A stretch of DNA of 64,000 bases from Antedon mediterranea (GCF_964355755.1 NC_092679.1:24983722-25047721); one strand, 5' to 3'. Shown: positions 27,268 to 40,816, counted from the stretch's first letter. Notes: generated by a model from the sequence alone, not told the origin. A program made the numbers and translations.

Positions 27268-28905
27268 AGGGGGATTCTGGGTTTAAAATTGCTTTTAAAT
27301 ATCGTTTATTTATTAAATAAAAAACATTATAACAATATAGACATGTCAGAATGAAGAAGTAATAACGAGAAATTAAAAAAATTAAATTTCATATACATTT
27401 TAGGGTAAATTCATGGAAAGTCTGTTTTTCAGCAGCTTAGGGAAGCTCATTAATATTCATGAGATATTCACAAAATCACGTCATCAGTGGATTCCAAACT
27501 CACGACGTCAAGCTTGTACGTTATGTTCTCTCTCCTCTGTCAAACGATGACCACCCGATCATTGTGAAATACATTTTTTTGTAGATTTGCTAAGCTAGGC
27601 CTAAAGTGTAATAATAACAGTAGTAGCATATATTTATTTGACATTTAATGAAATACAAAATTTAGTACAGATTACGGAGTCATAAATTATACTAATTTTA
27701 TACCTCGAATTAATAATAGTACAGATCGTATATCGGCTTCACGTACTAGTAGGCTAGGCCTAAATCATTTTATTCATGCCGGGGTGAGAGCCATTTCTGA
27801 CTAGGGATTCCATGCCACGATGGCTACGTTAAAACATTGCATTGGGGCCATCATTCATGGGCCTAGCTAGCCTATTACTGAACGATTGGCCCATAAATAA
27901 CAAAACTCAGTGGATTCCAAACCCATCCTATCAAAACCAAACTCCTAAACAATCTAGGCCTAAACCTAAAACGTTCTACAAAAATCGGCTGTAAATATTG
28001 AGGCAAAACAAGGTCCGATCGCCGTCCGCACGTCTAATAAGTAGGCCTAGTTAGTTTACTCTCCAAAAAAGCGGATACTGCATCAAGCAAGTAGACCGGT
28101 AGTAGGAAGGAGACCTACCTAGCCTAGCCTAGCCGATCCGGCCCAGTTAAAAATTGAGCTAGCTAGTGTAGTAGACCCTATGGCATTATGCGAATTGATA
28201 CTACCAGGCCTTTTACTATAGGCTACACTTGTTAAAATTAGCAATACTGTACTTATGTTTACAAATATTCCAACTCTCTCATTCGAGCTATATTATCTAT
28301 ACCATTCCGGTAGGTTGAGTCGACCTTCAATCAAATACTGTACATCGTTCATGTTGTGATATAGACGGGGTATACTCGACCCGACCAGTTTGGTATTGTA
28401 TACTGTATCTGCTTATCACGTGACGATGCCAGGCATGGGCAGAGAGAGCACGTGTATCGTCGTCTCGCTCTCCTCGCTCAGCAGGTGGTGCAGGATTGTA
28501 TACGTTACGCTTCATTGATTTTGAAGGCTTTCCCTAAGTCAGTGCGAAAATCGGCAAACGTAAAGTGCAAACTTATCTAATTTTTCACTGTTTTGATGGA
28601 TTTTCATAGAAAATTGATTTTATAAATGGGAAGACCGACTAAAATTACATAAGATAAGTATAATTTTACAAAAGTAATTGATATGGTTAATGATAACGAG
28701 TCGTCGGAAGATTGACCATTTCACGAATTTCGTATTCTGTAACCACAGTGTGATTTTGCCGTAGCTGCACTTGTAATCTGGCCTCATTTCACAGCCTTCG
28801 TTCTGCTTCACTGGACGCTTATATAAATTGAAACTTTTACCGTTCAAGAGACAAACAAATATATTTTACATTTTTTACTATTCATTTTAAACCCGGAACC
28901 CCCCT
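27268..28905. mobile_element. Kolobok-like non-autonomous DNA transposon, 1638 bp, copy 2
   Basis: TTAA TSD at 27264-27267 and 28906-28909. Constant offset of 27138 bp from copy 1, identical incidental ORF translations, unrelated flanks. Confidence 0.88.
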
Positions 28906-29245
28906 TTAAGGTAATTGTCATTGCAATGATATTGCTGTTGAAAAGTAAGGGGAAAATCCGAACCACCCCACAAAAAACACATGGGATGGTGGAGGGGATA
29001 ACACCACACCACAGGATCTGCGCCGTTGCTATTGCATGACATTAATTCAAACCACCAACTTTACCTGGTTTATTTTGCTAAATTTTATCATTCCGATTTA
29101 GTAATATTTATCTGTCTGGTCCACAGACTGCAGCCACCATTACCCTTTAACACAATTTAAACCTCCTACATGAGAGATTGTCATCTCCCGACGGTTCATT
29201 ATAATCTCGGACTTCCAAACTATTATTTGTGTTTATAAGTAGGCC

Positions 29246-30886
29246 CAAAGAATATATATCACAAGAATGAGTATTCCGCGATTTTTGCATGAGAAATTTG
29301 TAACAGAGAGCTCCAGAGAGTGATGCCCGCCCTCATAAGGGCGGATGTATATGTTATGCGCGATTTGAACGATTTGCGCAATTTGAAATTGCGCAAAAAA
29401 AATCCTTGCGCAATTTGAATTGAAACATGTGTTTCAAATTGCGCAAGCAACGTATTAAATTGCGCAAGTAATCTGCAAATTGCGCAAGGTTTTTCGACAG
29501 ATTGTGAAATCATGCACACCCATATTTTTATAGTAATTTCTAAGAATGATTCAAAATTAAAGATAAATATCGCATTTCCTTATTTTAGTAGTGCAAATAT
29601 TGTTATAAGTTAGCATACCGTCGAAGAACCGACGAAGGAAAACGAAGCGGTGGTGTTCCACCAGGCGGGCGCGGCGCGGGCGGCCGGCTATACTACTCTA
29701 GCCTAGCTAGGGTCTGGACTACTGATACTGACTAGGTTACATGGCCTAGCTTAAACTAATATTAAAAACTTAAAAAGTGAGTACTGTATTAACATTATCT
29801 TCATTGAAATGGTCTTATTTACCCTATATAATAAAATACTAAATTTTAAACTCCTCTGCCTAGGCCTAGCCTAGCCATGTATGGGAAAATTTACAGTTCG
29901 TTTTCAAATTGCGCAAAGGTGTCATATTGCGCAAGAACTATCTTGCGCAATTTACAAATTGTGCAGCGCAATTTAAAATTGCGCAAAGATTTCTTGCGCA
30001 ATTTGAAATTGCGCAAGTTGATTGCGCAATTTGAAATTGCGCAAAAAAATCCTTGCGCAATTTTAAATTGCGCAAGAATTCTTTGCGCAATTTCAAATTG
30101 CGCAAGGATTTTTTTGCGCAATTTCAAATTGCGCAAATCGTTCAAATCGCGCATAACATACTAAATAAGACTTGATTTAATAGATATTATACATGTCACA
30201 TTAAATAGAATTATGATAATATATTTTGCAATTGTAAACTATTTTATAATACGTATTTATTAACAAACTAGTGTACATTCACTTTTACAGACAATTATTT
30301 ACTAACATGCTAAGTTAGTTCACAAAAAAAGCCTAACACAGCAACACCAAAAATCAACGAATCGTTACTCAGCACGGCCTATTCTTTACCATTGCCATGT
30401 ACTACTCTACGCCCGGTAAATTAAGTATTGTTTTTATGATAAAAATTAGTATAAAATACATGTTATTAATAGGACAAAATGTTAAATATCATTAACATTT
30501 ATTTGTTTTACCAGAAACAAGTTAAATATAGGAATATTATTAAACTATCGTTCGTGAAAACGCGTAAACACCAACACGCCCGGTCACGCTATCGTAGCGC
30601 CCGGTTGATAAAGCAAACTGTTTATACGGCAGTTTTTACTAAATAAATTGCATAAAACGAACAATTAAACATCCAAATAGTATTTAACATGATGTTGGCA
30701 TGTAGTTTATAACATTTTTATCATGAAAATACTACCGGTGGTCCAGCCTTTGATTAGTGAAACCGTCACAAAAAGTTGTATACATCCCAGATACATCCAC
30801 ACTTATGGCGGCGCCCTACCACATGGACAATATTACTGTTACAGGGAAAATCGCGGATTACTCATTCTTGTGATATATATTCTTTG
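29246..30886. mobile_element. P-element-like non-autonomous element with 7-bp TSD
   Basis: ~40-bp TIRs caaagaatatatatcacaagaatgagta.tccgcgatttt. TSD gtaggcc at 29239-29245 and 30887-30893. CA termini with a 7-bp TSD fit the P superfamily. Confidence 0.75.
29350..30160. mobile_element. Foldback-type element built from TTGCGCAA repeats, nested in the P-like element
   Basis: ~65-bp TIR tatgttatgcgcgatttgaacgatttgcgcaatttgaaattgcgcaaaa... 6 TTGCGCAA copies in the left arm and 14 in the right. Possible TA TSD. Confidence 0.75.
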
Positions 30887-31225
30887 GTAGGCCTCAGTAT
30901 TAATGTTATTTATGTGACGCGCCATAAGTACTGAACTGTAAAAAGTTTTGGTCCCAATGCTCGGGATTGAGGGCGTTCATTTTACCATGTGACCGAAACT
31001 GTATGTCGCGACTCTACTCTATAACTGCACACACACACACTGTACACAGGCTAGGCCGCCGCCGACGCCGCAAGACATAAACACTAATACTATCGGTTCA
31101 CGCTAGGCCTAGGCCCGGCCCTAGTCTTCACACTAAATTCAACGAAGAAGTGATAAAAACCGATCTTTGAAAAACCACAATTTATCCGGGAAAATGTTAG
31201 GTTAATCATAATATAAATAGGTACT

Positions 31226-34200
31226 ATGGATATTGTTTCAATGGCACTTAGCAGTGCACAACGTAATTCTGAATTGTTGGTAGGGCTAGGCCTAACCCAG
31301 CCTGAAAACCATCATGGTGGCCAAACGGAGGAAGAAGGTGTCGTCGCTCGTGAACATTCAATGATGGACAGAGATTCTGAGTTAGGGCTACTAGGCCTAG
31401 GCCTAGATTCAAATACATGTAGGCCTGCTTCAACTCATGGGGCTGTTGTTAGTACTCTGGTAGGTAGTATTTCAGAAAACTGTGCACCCGTTTTTATGAT
31501 GGGGCAAGATGAGTTATTAAGACCATCAAATAAAAATTTAATTTTGAGGAAAACAGAAAAAAATACAGAAGAGTTGTCTAGACCTACTACCGGTCCTAGA
31601 AATACACAAAATCTTCAAAATGGAAAAACTATTAATATGACATCAATTAACGTTGCTAGAAATTTTGATTCTGCAAAACTCAATAAAATAACTACAGCAA
31701 GCAGCAGTAGCCTTGGAATGCACCCTATACCGGTTGAACTATCATCGTCTACAAGTGCGGCAAGTAGTATACTTGGATCAATTGCAAGCATGATTGACCC
31801 AAATGCTGCAAATCTAATGAGTACTATCTCAACTAGTAGTGTATCTAGCAACCAGTCAGACTCTTCTGTTATAAGTAGAACAAATCGTAGTGCTGACATG
31901 TTTTCAAAGGTTGGTCCTCCAATACCTTCTACAGTGCCACAACCAATTGCCAAAGAAGAGCAAACGTTATCACCAATACCGCTTCAGACAAAATCTGCTG
32001 CAACAATTACAATTAAAACACCCCCAGGAACATCACTAACTGGACCAAGTGGTTCAATGAGTGGGCCACTTTTACAAACAATTCTTAACAATGCAGAGGT
32101 ACAAGCTTTGATGAAACGAAATCCTGGACAACAAATCACGATTGTACAGGTACCTGATGAGTCATTGGGAAGTGGAAATTGGGGGATTAATTCTAGTATA
32201 AAATCTGCGATTAATGAAGCAAATAAATTCATCCCAGCAACTAACACAAAAACTAATCAGGTACAAGTAGGTCGTAAACGAAAGAAATTTGATGAACCTG
32301 ATGAAAAACAGAAAACATTGAAAGTGACACGTCCTGTGAAAAAAATAACAAGGTCTGGACGGATTTCTCGACCACCACTTTATCGCATCAGAGACTATAA
32401 AACAATACTTCCAACAGAAGAAGTCGAAAGTGATTCATCAGAGGAGGAGTACGAAGATTATACTGACAAAAATGACAAAGATATTTCTATCCTTTCGGAT
32501 AAGCCTAAGAACTTTAAATGCACAAATTGTGATAAATCTTACATTGGTCAGGCAAGTTTAGATCGTCATTTTCGGCAGAACCCCACTCATGGTACACCAG
32601 TAGGCCTATCTCCTGTAAAGAAACAGTCTGATATTCAAAGGTAAATCAATTTGATGTTTCAAAATTAAATTAATGTCTAAATATATGACTAAACAGTTTT
32701 AAATTTTGCCTATGCCTGGGAATTTATGTACAGTATAAAATAAAACATAATTATAAAAATTTATTTCAGTAAAGCCACTCGCGCTCTTGTGTATTGAATG
32801 ATCTGAAAATGTATTAATACTTTGTGATGAAATACAAAGTTGTAAATGGTTGATGAGTGAGAGCATATAATAGATAACAAAATATTGCCTTTTTTAATTA
32901 GTGAACAGATAGATTCTAAAGATTTCGGAAAACTGGATCAGATTTCATCAGAACCTGGTGAATATATCCCTGTTGAGACTGCATCCTCTCAGCTATCAAG
33001 GGTACACAACCCATTGATGAGAGGCCGTGGTAGAGGGGTCAGGAAACGTAGAGGTCGTGGACGACCCCCAGTATGCAATTACAATAACAAGACCTACAAT
33101 TCTGCAGGGGTGTTTTCAATGAAAAACACAGAAAAACTTCCACTGGATAAGAGGAAACAAAAAGCAAAAGAGGTAATGTCTCTATTTTTATTTTTAGTTC
33201 TATTAATTGGTTTAAAAAACATGAGTGTGTAATTCCTAACACACAACACAGATCCAGGGATCGGTGTGTAATTGTCAACACACTCATCCAGGGATGAGTG
33301 TGTAATTGGCAACACACTCATCCAGGGATGAGTGTGTAATTGGCAACACACTCATCCAGGGATGAGTGTGTAATTGTCAACACACTCATCCAGGGATCAG
33401 TGTGTAATTGTCAACACACTCATCCAGGGATCGGTGTGTAATTGTCAACACACTCATCCAGGGATCGGTGTGTAATTGCCAACACACTCATCCAGGGATC
33501 AGTGTGTAATTGCCAACACACTCATCCAGGGATCAGTGTGTAATTGCCAACACACTCATCCAGGGATCGGTGTGTAATTGCCAACACACTATCCAGGGAT
33601 CGGTGTGTAATTGTCAACACACTCATCCAGGGATCAGTGTGTAATTGGCAACACACTCATCCAGGGATCGGTGTGTAATTGCCAACACACTCATCCAGGG
33701 ATCGGTGTGTAATTGCCAACACACTCATCCAGGGATCGGTGTGTAATTGCCAACACACTCATCCAGGGATCAGTGTGTAATTGCCAACACACTTATCCAG
33801 GGATCAGTGTGTAATTGCCAACACACTCATCCAGGGATCAGTGTGTAATTGCCAACACACTCATCCAGGTATAAGTGTGTAATTGCCAACACACTCATCC
33901 AGGGATCAGTGTGTAATTGGCAACACACTCATCCAGGGATCAGTGTGTAATTGTCAACACACTCATCCAGGGATCAGTGTGTAATTGTCAACACACTCAT
34001 CCAGGGATCGATGTGTAATTGCTAACACACTCATCCAGGGATTGGTGTGTAATTGCCAACACACTCATCCAGGGATTGGTGTGTAATTGCCAACACACTC
34101 ATCCAGGGATCGGTGTGTAATTGGCAACACACTCATCCAGGGATTAGTGTGTAATTGGCAACACACTCATCCAGGGATCAGTGTGTAATTGTCAACACAC

Positions 34201-37200
34201 TCATCCAGGGATCAGTGTTCAATTGCCAACACACTCATCCAGGGATCAGTGTATAATTGGCAATACACTTATCCAGGAATCGGTGTGTAATTGCCAACAC
34301 ACTCATCCAGGGATCGGTGTGTAATTGCCAACACACTCATCCAGGGATCAGTGTGTAATTGGCAACACACTCATCCAGGGATCAGTGTGTAATTGGCAAC
34401 ACACTCATCCAGGGATCAGTGTGTAATTGCCAACACACTCATCCAGGGATCAGTGTTTAATTGCCAACACACTTTATCCAGGGATCAGTGTGTAATTGCC
34501 AACACACTCATCCAGGGATCAGTGTGTAATTGCCAACACACTTATCCAGGGATCAGTGTGTAATTGCCAACACACTATCCAGGGATCGGTGTGTAATTGC
34601 CAACACACTCATCCAGGGATCGGTGTGTAATTGCCAACACACTTATCCAGGGATCAGTGTGTAATTGCCAACACACTTATCCAGGGATCAGTGTGTAATT
34701 GCCAACACACTCATCCAGGGATCAGTGTGTAATTGCCAACACACTCATCCAGGGATCAGTGTGTAATTGCCAACACACTCATCCAGGGATCAGTGTGTAA
34801 TTGGCAGCACACTCATCCAGGGATCAGTGTTCAATTGCCAACACACTCATCCAGGGATCAGTGTGTAATTGCCAACACACTCATCCAGGGATCAGTGTGT
34901 AATTGCCAACACACTCATCCAGGGATCGGTGTGTAATTGCCAACACACTCAGTTCCTAGGACATTCCCGACAGCTCCTGTCATTATTTTTGCTTTTCATT
35001 TCAGTTACTAAATACATTTGTGGACGATGATTTCCTTGATGTCATTCTACCTCGATTACCAAGGGTACTCACTCCCTGGGAGTTCCTTCTCATGAAAATA
35101 GAAGGAGAAGAAACAAAAAGAAAAAACTTTGTGGACATTTACAATGAATATTTAGCTCTTGTAAAAGAAATAAAAAAGATTGCCAGTGGAAGTGTGACAC
35201 GTATTTCTGATACAATTTCAACAGTCAATAGTAGTATTGAAGACAATAGTTCTTCATCTCAGATAAGGTTAGATATTGTGGATGATGTTATAGCTGCATC
35301 ATTAGGACTAACTACAGGTTACTATGAAGTCAAAGACTCTTTAATACCTGCTGTTACTGGACAACCAACTGTAATGTCTCCAGTAATAATTCCATTAATC
35401 CAGAAAGAAGATGGGAAAAAGAATGAAGTATTGGAAACTTCACTGGCAAAGAAGACAACTTGTAATGAACAAATGGATTCTGTAAGTGGAGTTTAATTTG
35501 GTTTGTACAGCAAAACTTTTACATTAAAACTGAACTTCAGTCGGAACTAATTTTCTTTACACAAAATTCAATTCTCTGTGGCAAATAAAGTCAAGTAAAA
35601 AAATTAAAAGAAATGTTCCCAAGTTCAGTATGTTGTAGAAAAAATCTTTATAAGTGATAATCATAAATAATTATAACTAGCATATTTGTGTATTAAACAA
35701 CACTTTTTGTTACATTTTTTGTTTAGTCACTGATCGGAGTGAACATTTGATGTGCAGGAATCAATCTGTTTAGTTAGTGTGATTACACTAATTAATAATT
35801 AAAATAAGTGACTTTAGTATTGTACACTAATGTGGTTTAGTAATAGTGTCCTTGTAAGGATTAGGGACTACTTTATAATCTTCTAAAACGGTTTTTTACT
35901 GTATGCTTAAGGCATAAAAATCAGTACATTCAGATATAATGTGTAGAGTTAGAATCAATCGGTCAAAGTGTACAGAAAATATTAACTAATACTAGTTAAT
36001 CAAGCTCATTGCCAATCTTTTTTCAAAGACTCTTTATGTGTTATTTCAATGACTATGAAGATTCAGAGTGTTTATTAAATATTCTATACAGAGTCAAGTG
36101 CCAAAAAATATGCCAACTTTAACACCACTTCGTAACAGACCTCTTAATCTGAAATCAGTTGTCACCCCTGGACCAATTGCAGAGCACCCTATTCCACCAG
36201 GGCGTCCACTTCCTGAATTAAAACCGATTATGAATGACGTGGATAAGGTTAGTATATACCAATATTTATTTTTCTACTAGTTTTATTTGAATTAATTTAA
36301 ATAAACACGGCCATCGATTAAATTCATCCCCATAGGAACATCATTTGGAATAAGCGTCTCCCTCGAATAAACACCCAGGCAGTTTTCAAATGTAGTTTAA
36401 AAATAAATTGCAATTATTTAGATACCCCATGTGTTACTACTGATGTGTTTGTAAATCATATGGTTCATGATAACATCTGATTGTATTTAATGAATCCTTT
36501 AAAGGTCTCTGTATCAGATACAAGTGTTCAACCTGCAATTTCAACTCCTTCAATAATACCTGACAGCTTATCACAAAACTTAGAATTGACCAGAACAGGA
36601 CAAGACCAACTGATTGAATCTTTTTCTGAGGAGGATAATGAATACACTGATGTAGACAAAAGCTCATCGGCAGCAGCACTACCACTGCTGCCAGATGTTG
36701 AGAGTGATGGGTTACAGGTAAAGCGTACTTTACATATTTCAATATCAAAAGCTCATCAGCAGCACTACCACTGCTGCCAGATGTTGAGAGTGATGGGTCA
36801 CAGGTAAAGCGTACTTTACATATTTCAATGTCAACATAATTTTATTTTGATTATCCTTACTGGAGCAAGACTTCTGGAAAGAAGACCACATTATATCTCA
36901 ATGTATAGAGCCCTTTTCTCAATACATAATGATTATTACCATTTTTTAATTTATTTATTCAGATCAAATGTCTTTATGGAAAACAGTATACCACCTTTTA
37001 GTATGAAAGGGTTTGACAAAACAATAAAAACATACTTTGGTTTTTATTTGATACACTTTAAGTTCTGCTCCCACAAGACAGAAATATATAACTTAAACTG
37101 CAATTGCAGAATGCCAGTCCCACATTGTGACGAATATTCCATGGAACTAGGTGAGCAATGAATGTTGGAATGGCGCTATATAAATTGATAGGTTGCCAGG

Positions 37201-37632
37201 AGGTCTGGCCGCCACCGTCGTTGTGTTTAACCCATGACCCCTTTGATTAAGAAACCATACTAAAAGGTATAGGTAGGCACACACACTAGTTGTATTAATT
37301 ATTTTGTTTGGCAGGAACTGATGGTTGAAGAAGATGTTCTTGGTGAGGTTGATGATACATCTGCAATAGATATCATGCCAGTTGGAAGTACACTGATGCA
37401 ACTTCAGGATGGTATATTTATTGTGCAGAGACCAGATGGCACAACAATGCAGATCCAAGCACCAGATGGGATGAGCATTGAGACAATTCAAGAGCTGTTG
37501 TCAGTTGATGGTAGAATGCAATTCTCTAATGTTGACACAACAGAGATGTCATCAATGGAAACCAATGTTTCAATGGTTTCTGAATTAAATGTCAACCCAA
37601 CAGATTTGAGCAGTGAGGTTGCACCAACTTGA
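31226..37632 (+). CDS. ZNF839: Zinc finger protein 839-like, ~949 aa; join(31226..32640,32902..33172,35005..35481,36092..36247,36505..36717,37315..37632)
   Basis: Motifs recognised from vertebrate ZNF839: TRSGRISRPPLYRIRDYKTI, single C2H2 FKCTNCDKSYIGQASLDRHFRQNPTH, AT-hook-like RGRGRPP, and LPRLPRVLTPWEFLLMKIE...FVDIYNEY. Six in-phase GT-AG exons, 2850 nt. The start codon and last three exons are less certain. Confidence 0.85.
33222..34951. repeat. 34-bp palindromic minisatellite, ~50 copies, filling ZNF839-like intron 2
   Basis: Unit gtgtgtaattgccaacacactcatccagggatca, head-to-tail with no spacers. Confidence 0.97.
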
Positions 37633-38981
37633 TCCTGGTTACCTATGTGCCTTCTAAACAATGACCCTAACCCTTTTTAAACTGTTACTACAGTATACCG
37701 TCTTGTGGATTAGTTCATATTCAATATACACAATTAACATTATATCAAATATTAAAAAATTCTAAAACTTTCTAAATCCCTTCACTAGTTTGTGAAACTG
37801 TAAATGTTCGTTTCTATATGATATTCAATATTTGCCATCAAATGTAATTATTTAATGTTATTTATAAAATGTTCATTTTTGGCAGTCCAATAATTTAACG
37901 AGAATATAAATACAAAACTTTACACACATACAAAAAAAATAAGAGATTTCATTGTAATTAACTTTTTATATTTTAATTATTATATTCTGGAAAACTTCTG
38001 AAGCTAAAGTTACATTTTAAATCTATAGCCTACTATATTTTTAATCATTCTTGTCTTTTACGTGTACAGTCTTGAGCAATCCAATAATTTTATTTTAATA
38101 TAATGTCTATCTAGGAAGTCATGAGTCTAACTAATTGATGTAGGATTTTGTCTATTGTAGTACCTACTACTGGTAAAGTTGTCTACTATGAGCCATTCAA
38201 ACTGCAGTTATTGATCTGGGATAATGCATCTATGGAAGCGTTTATTTTGTGTATCATTGTGAGTGGCAGTCTGCACACTTTTGGCACATTTTATGAAGGA
38301 TCTCAGATTGATATCCTTCACCCTAATTAAGGGTTTAACTTAAAATAAGGTTTCTATTTTATCTGGATAAATTACAAATCATGTTTCCACACACATTGTC
38401 ATCACTGATGACGAACTTGGGTGGTGTTTTTGTAAGAAATCTTTTACAAATTTAGGACTATAGTATCTTTTGTTCAGAAAAAATGTATTGTGAATAATTT
38501 TACTAGGATGTTATGATAGTACCTGAATACACTTTATAATTCTGCATGTTTACAATCAAGATTATTTTTCAATTGACCATATTCCTTTTTTAGCAACTAT
38601 ATAAACATGATTCAGGGAAGAAGAACAGAAACTACATAGAATAATCTATTTTAGTAAGAAAAGTTTCATGTTATAAAATGAATTGAGATTCAAACAAGAC
38701 CCATGTATTCTATGTGGAAATAATTTAAATAAAACGATAAACTATACAGGCATAAGTAGTTAACCTTTGTGTTTTTAAATGTATCATGACTGATTTTCTA
38801 AATGAAAATGTCCTTAGTTGTTGTATACCCTTCTCAAACCACTTTGTATCCACCATTTCTGTTTGGTATTTTACCTATAACCAGTTTCAACAAGCATAGA
38901 CTCAAGTAACATCTTGGCATGTTTTTGTATACCCTTCTCAAACCACTTTGTATCCACCATTTCTGTTTGGTATCCACTATG

Positions 38982-40816
38982 TTACCTATAACCAGTTTCA
39001 ACAAGCATAGACTCAAGTAACATCTTGGCATGTTTTTCAATATAGGGTTGTGCCTGCCAGATGCTCACATACATCATCAATAAATCTCTATTATTTGAGT
39101 GTGCTATGTTTTCCAAAATAGTTTGTTTTACAGAATATTCCTTTGCATACATGGAAAGAATCTTTTGCGATGTTTCATCTGTAAATTAAATTAGTAATAG
39201 TTTATGTTCAGGGCTATAGCCATGTTTCTGATATTTGTGGGGTTCTCCATCAATTTTCTTCAAAGTCTATTTAATTGATGTGGTTGATCAAAAAGTGGTT
39301 GAAACCATACTGTCCAATGATAATTTACTATATTTATTATTTTAGTAATACAGTATAAAATACTTGAAATGTTTTGCTTACAAAAATATTTAATTGGCCA
39401 CGTTTGGAACGTTAAACTTGTATCTGACTTCAGTTGAATTGTTGCTTCAAAGTGTTTAGTTAATTTACTCATTCTGTGAACAAGCTTTCCCTGAAAAAAA
39501 AAGAAGATATCTTATTTTAACCATTATTATAAAAAAGCTACTGCCATGCCAACAGTTTTAAACTGATACACTTTTTACTCATTTTTTCTTCAATGCATTT
39601 AAAATAAATAATAAATCGTTGACTTTGACAAGTTTTTGTGAACCTTTGATATAAAATTTCAAATCTATAAAAACAGTAGATTCAGTCAGGGGATTTCAGG
39701 ACACCATGCGGCGCCTATGCTTATAAACTATGGTGTTTTTTTTCGATGGACTTATTATTATTATTATAAAATTATAATTTTTTTTAATCACAAAGTTCTA
39801 TAGGCTAATCTTTAAAGAACATTTTACAGTAACAATTTTGTCCATACGACTGTCCGTTGAGGAGTTACGAATTTTTAAGTAACTTGTCCTCCGAAAATAG
39901 GCTGAAAACGCTATGTTATTTCTGTTGGTTACGCTTCGTTGAACGGCATTGTTTGTGTTGTCATCGATCGAAGATGTCTTCCGTTTCGTGAAAAAGGCGT
40001 AGGATCTACTACTATTCTTTAGAAAACGAGACGCAAACATTAGTAGTAAAAGCAATAATACAATTGTTTTGATCAATATTAAATACCGTTATTTGATTCT
40101 TTTTTTATAAAGTTGATAGGCCTAGGCCTAGTGTAGATCGACAACGCTTATAATATTAACTTTTTAAGACGTGAATGTAGCGAAATCGTATCATCGAGCA
40201 CTCTTCCGCGAGAGCAAGTGTAAACGCAAAAGTAAGGGCCCGAGGCCGGCTTTTTGGGTAAGTGTAAACACATTGCGGGCTAAAAAGAAAGCCGGCGTCG
40301 GGCCGACTTCGGGCCGGCTAAGAAATCGTCGATGAAGTGTAAATGGGGTCTTTGTTGTATCAGCTCAGGTGATAATATACTGTAAAGTAGTACCTGTCCA
40401 TCAAAGCTTTTTTGTAAGTCATAACAAAGTTCTTGCAACCTGGGTGTCATACTATCCTCGGTAACCTGTCCACATACTTCTTCCACAGGCTCATTTGAAT
40501 CTGTCTGATATCTGGTAAAATACATTTTAAATAAAAAATTTTTGTAAGTAAAAGCTATTTAAAATAAATTCAAGAACAAAAATTCCAAACATTTTCTTTA
40601 AATGACAAAAGAGGCTTATATGTGTCACATCATAGAATTAGTCGGCTTATCATACTGTGCCTGTAGTTTGTAATTGACTATTTCCTTAGCAGTTTCAAGT
40701 CCTGCATCATTTAGTTCTTCCCACTTCATCACATGATTATACCAGTCAGCACAGTGGTCTCGTATCACTCGTGCACTGCCCTGAAGTTCTTTGGGCTTAC
40801 TTAATCTGCAACTCAT
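38982..40816 (-). CDS. CINP: CDK2-interacting protein, ~194 aa; complement(join(38982..39178,39382..39490,40394..40511,40656..40816))
   Basis: SARVIRDHCADWYNHVMKWEELNDAG, LQELCYDLQ, FQTWPIKYFYE and MYVSIWQAQPYIE...LLESMLVETGYR* match CINP motifs. In-phase GT-AG introns, 585 nt. An acceptor at 40834 implies an upstream exon (UTR or short coding) that I could not place. Confidence 0.9.

Noticed and set aside
29259-30164. LRNFKLRK / AQFEIAQ repeat ORFs
   Set aside because: By-products of the TTGCGCAA repeats.
33222-34951. 34-bp palindromic repeats resembling a CRISPR array
   Set aside because: Units are head-to-tail with no unique spacers, there are no cas genes, and the array lies in a eukaryotic intron.
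40210-40352. Harbinger-like end (agtgtaaatggggtc) with GC-rich palindromes in a CINP intron
   Set aside because: No matching left TIR or TSD was found, so the boundaries cannot be supported.
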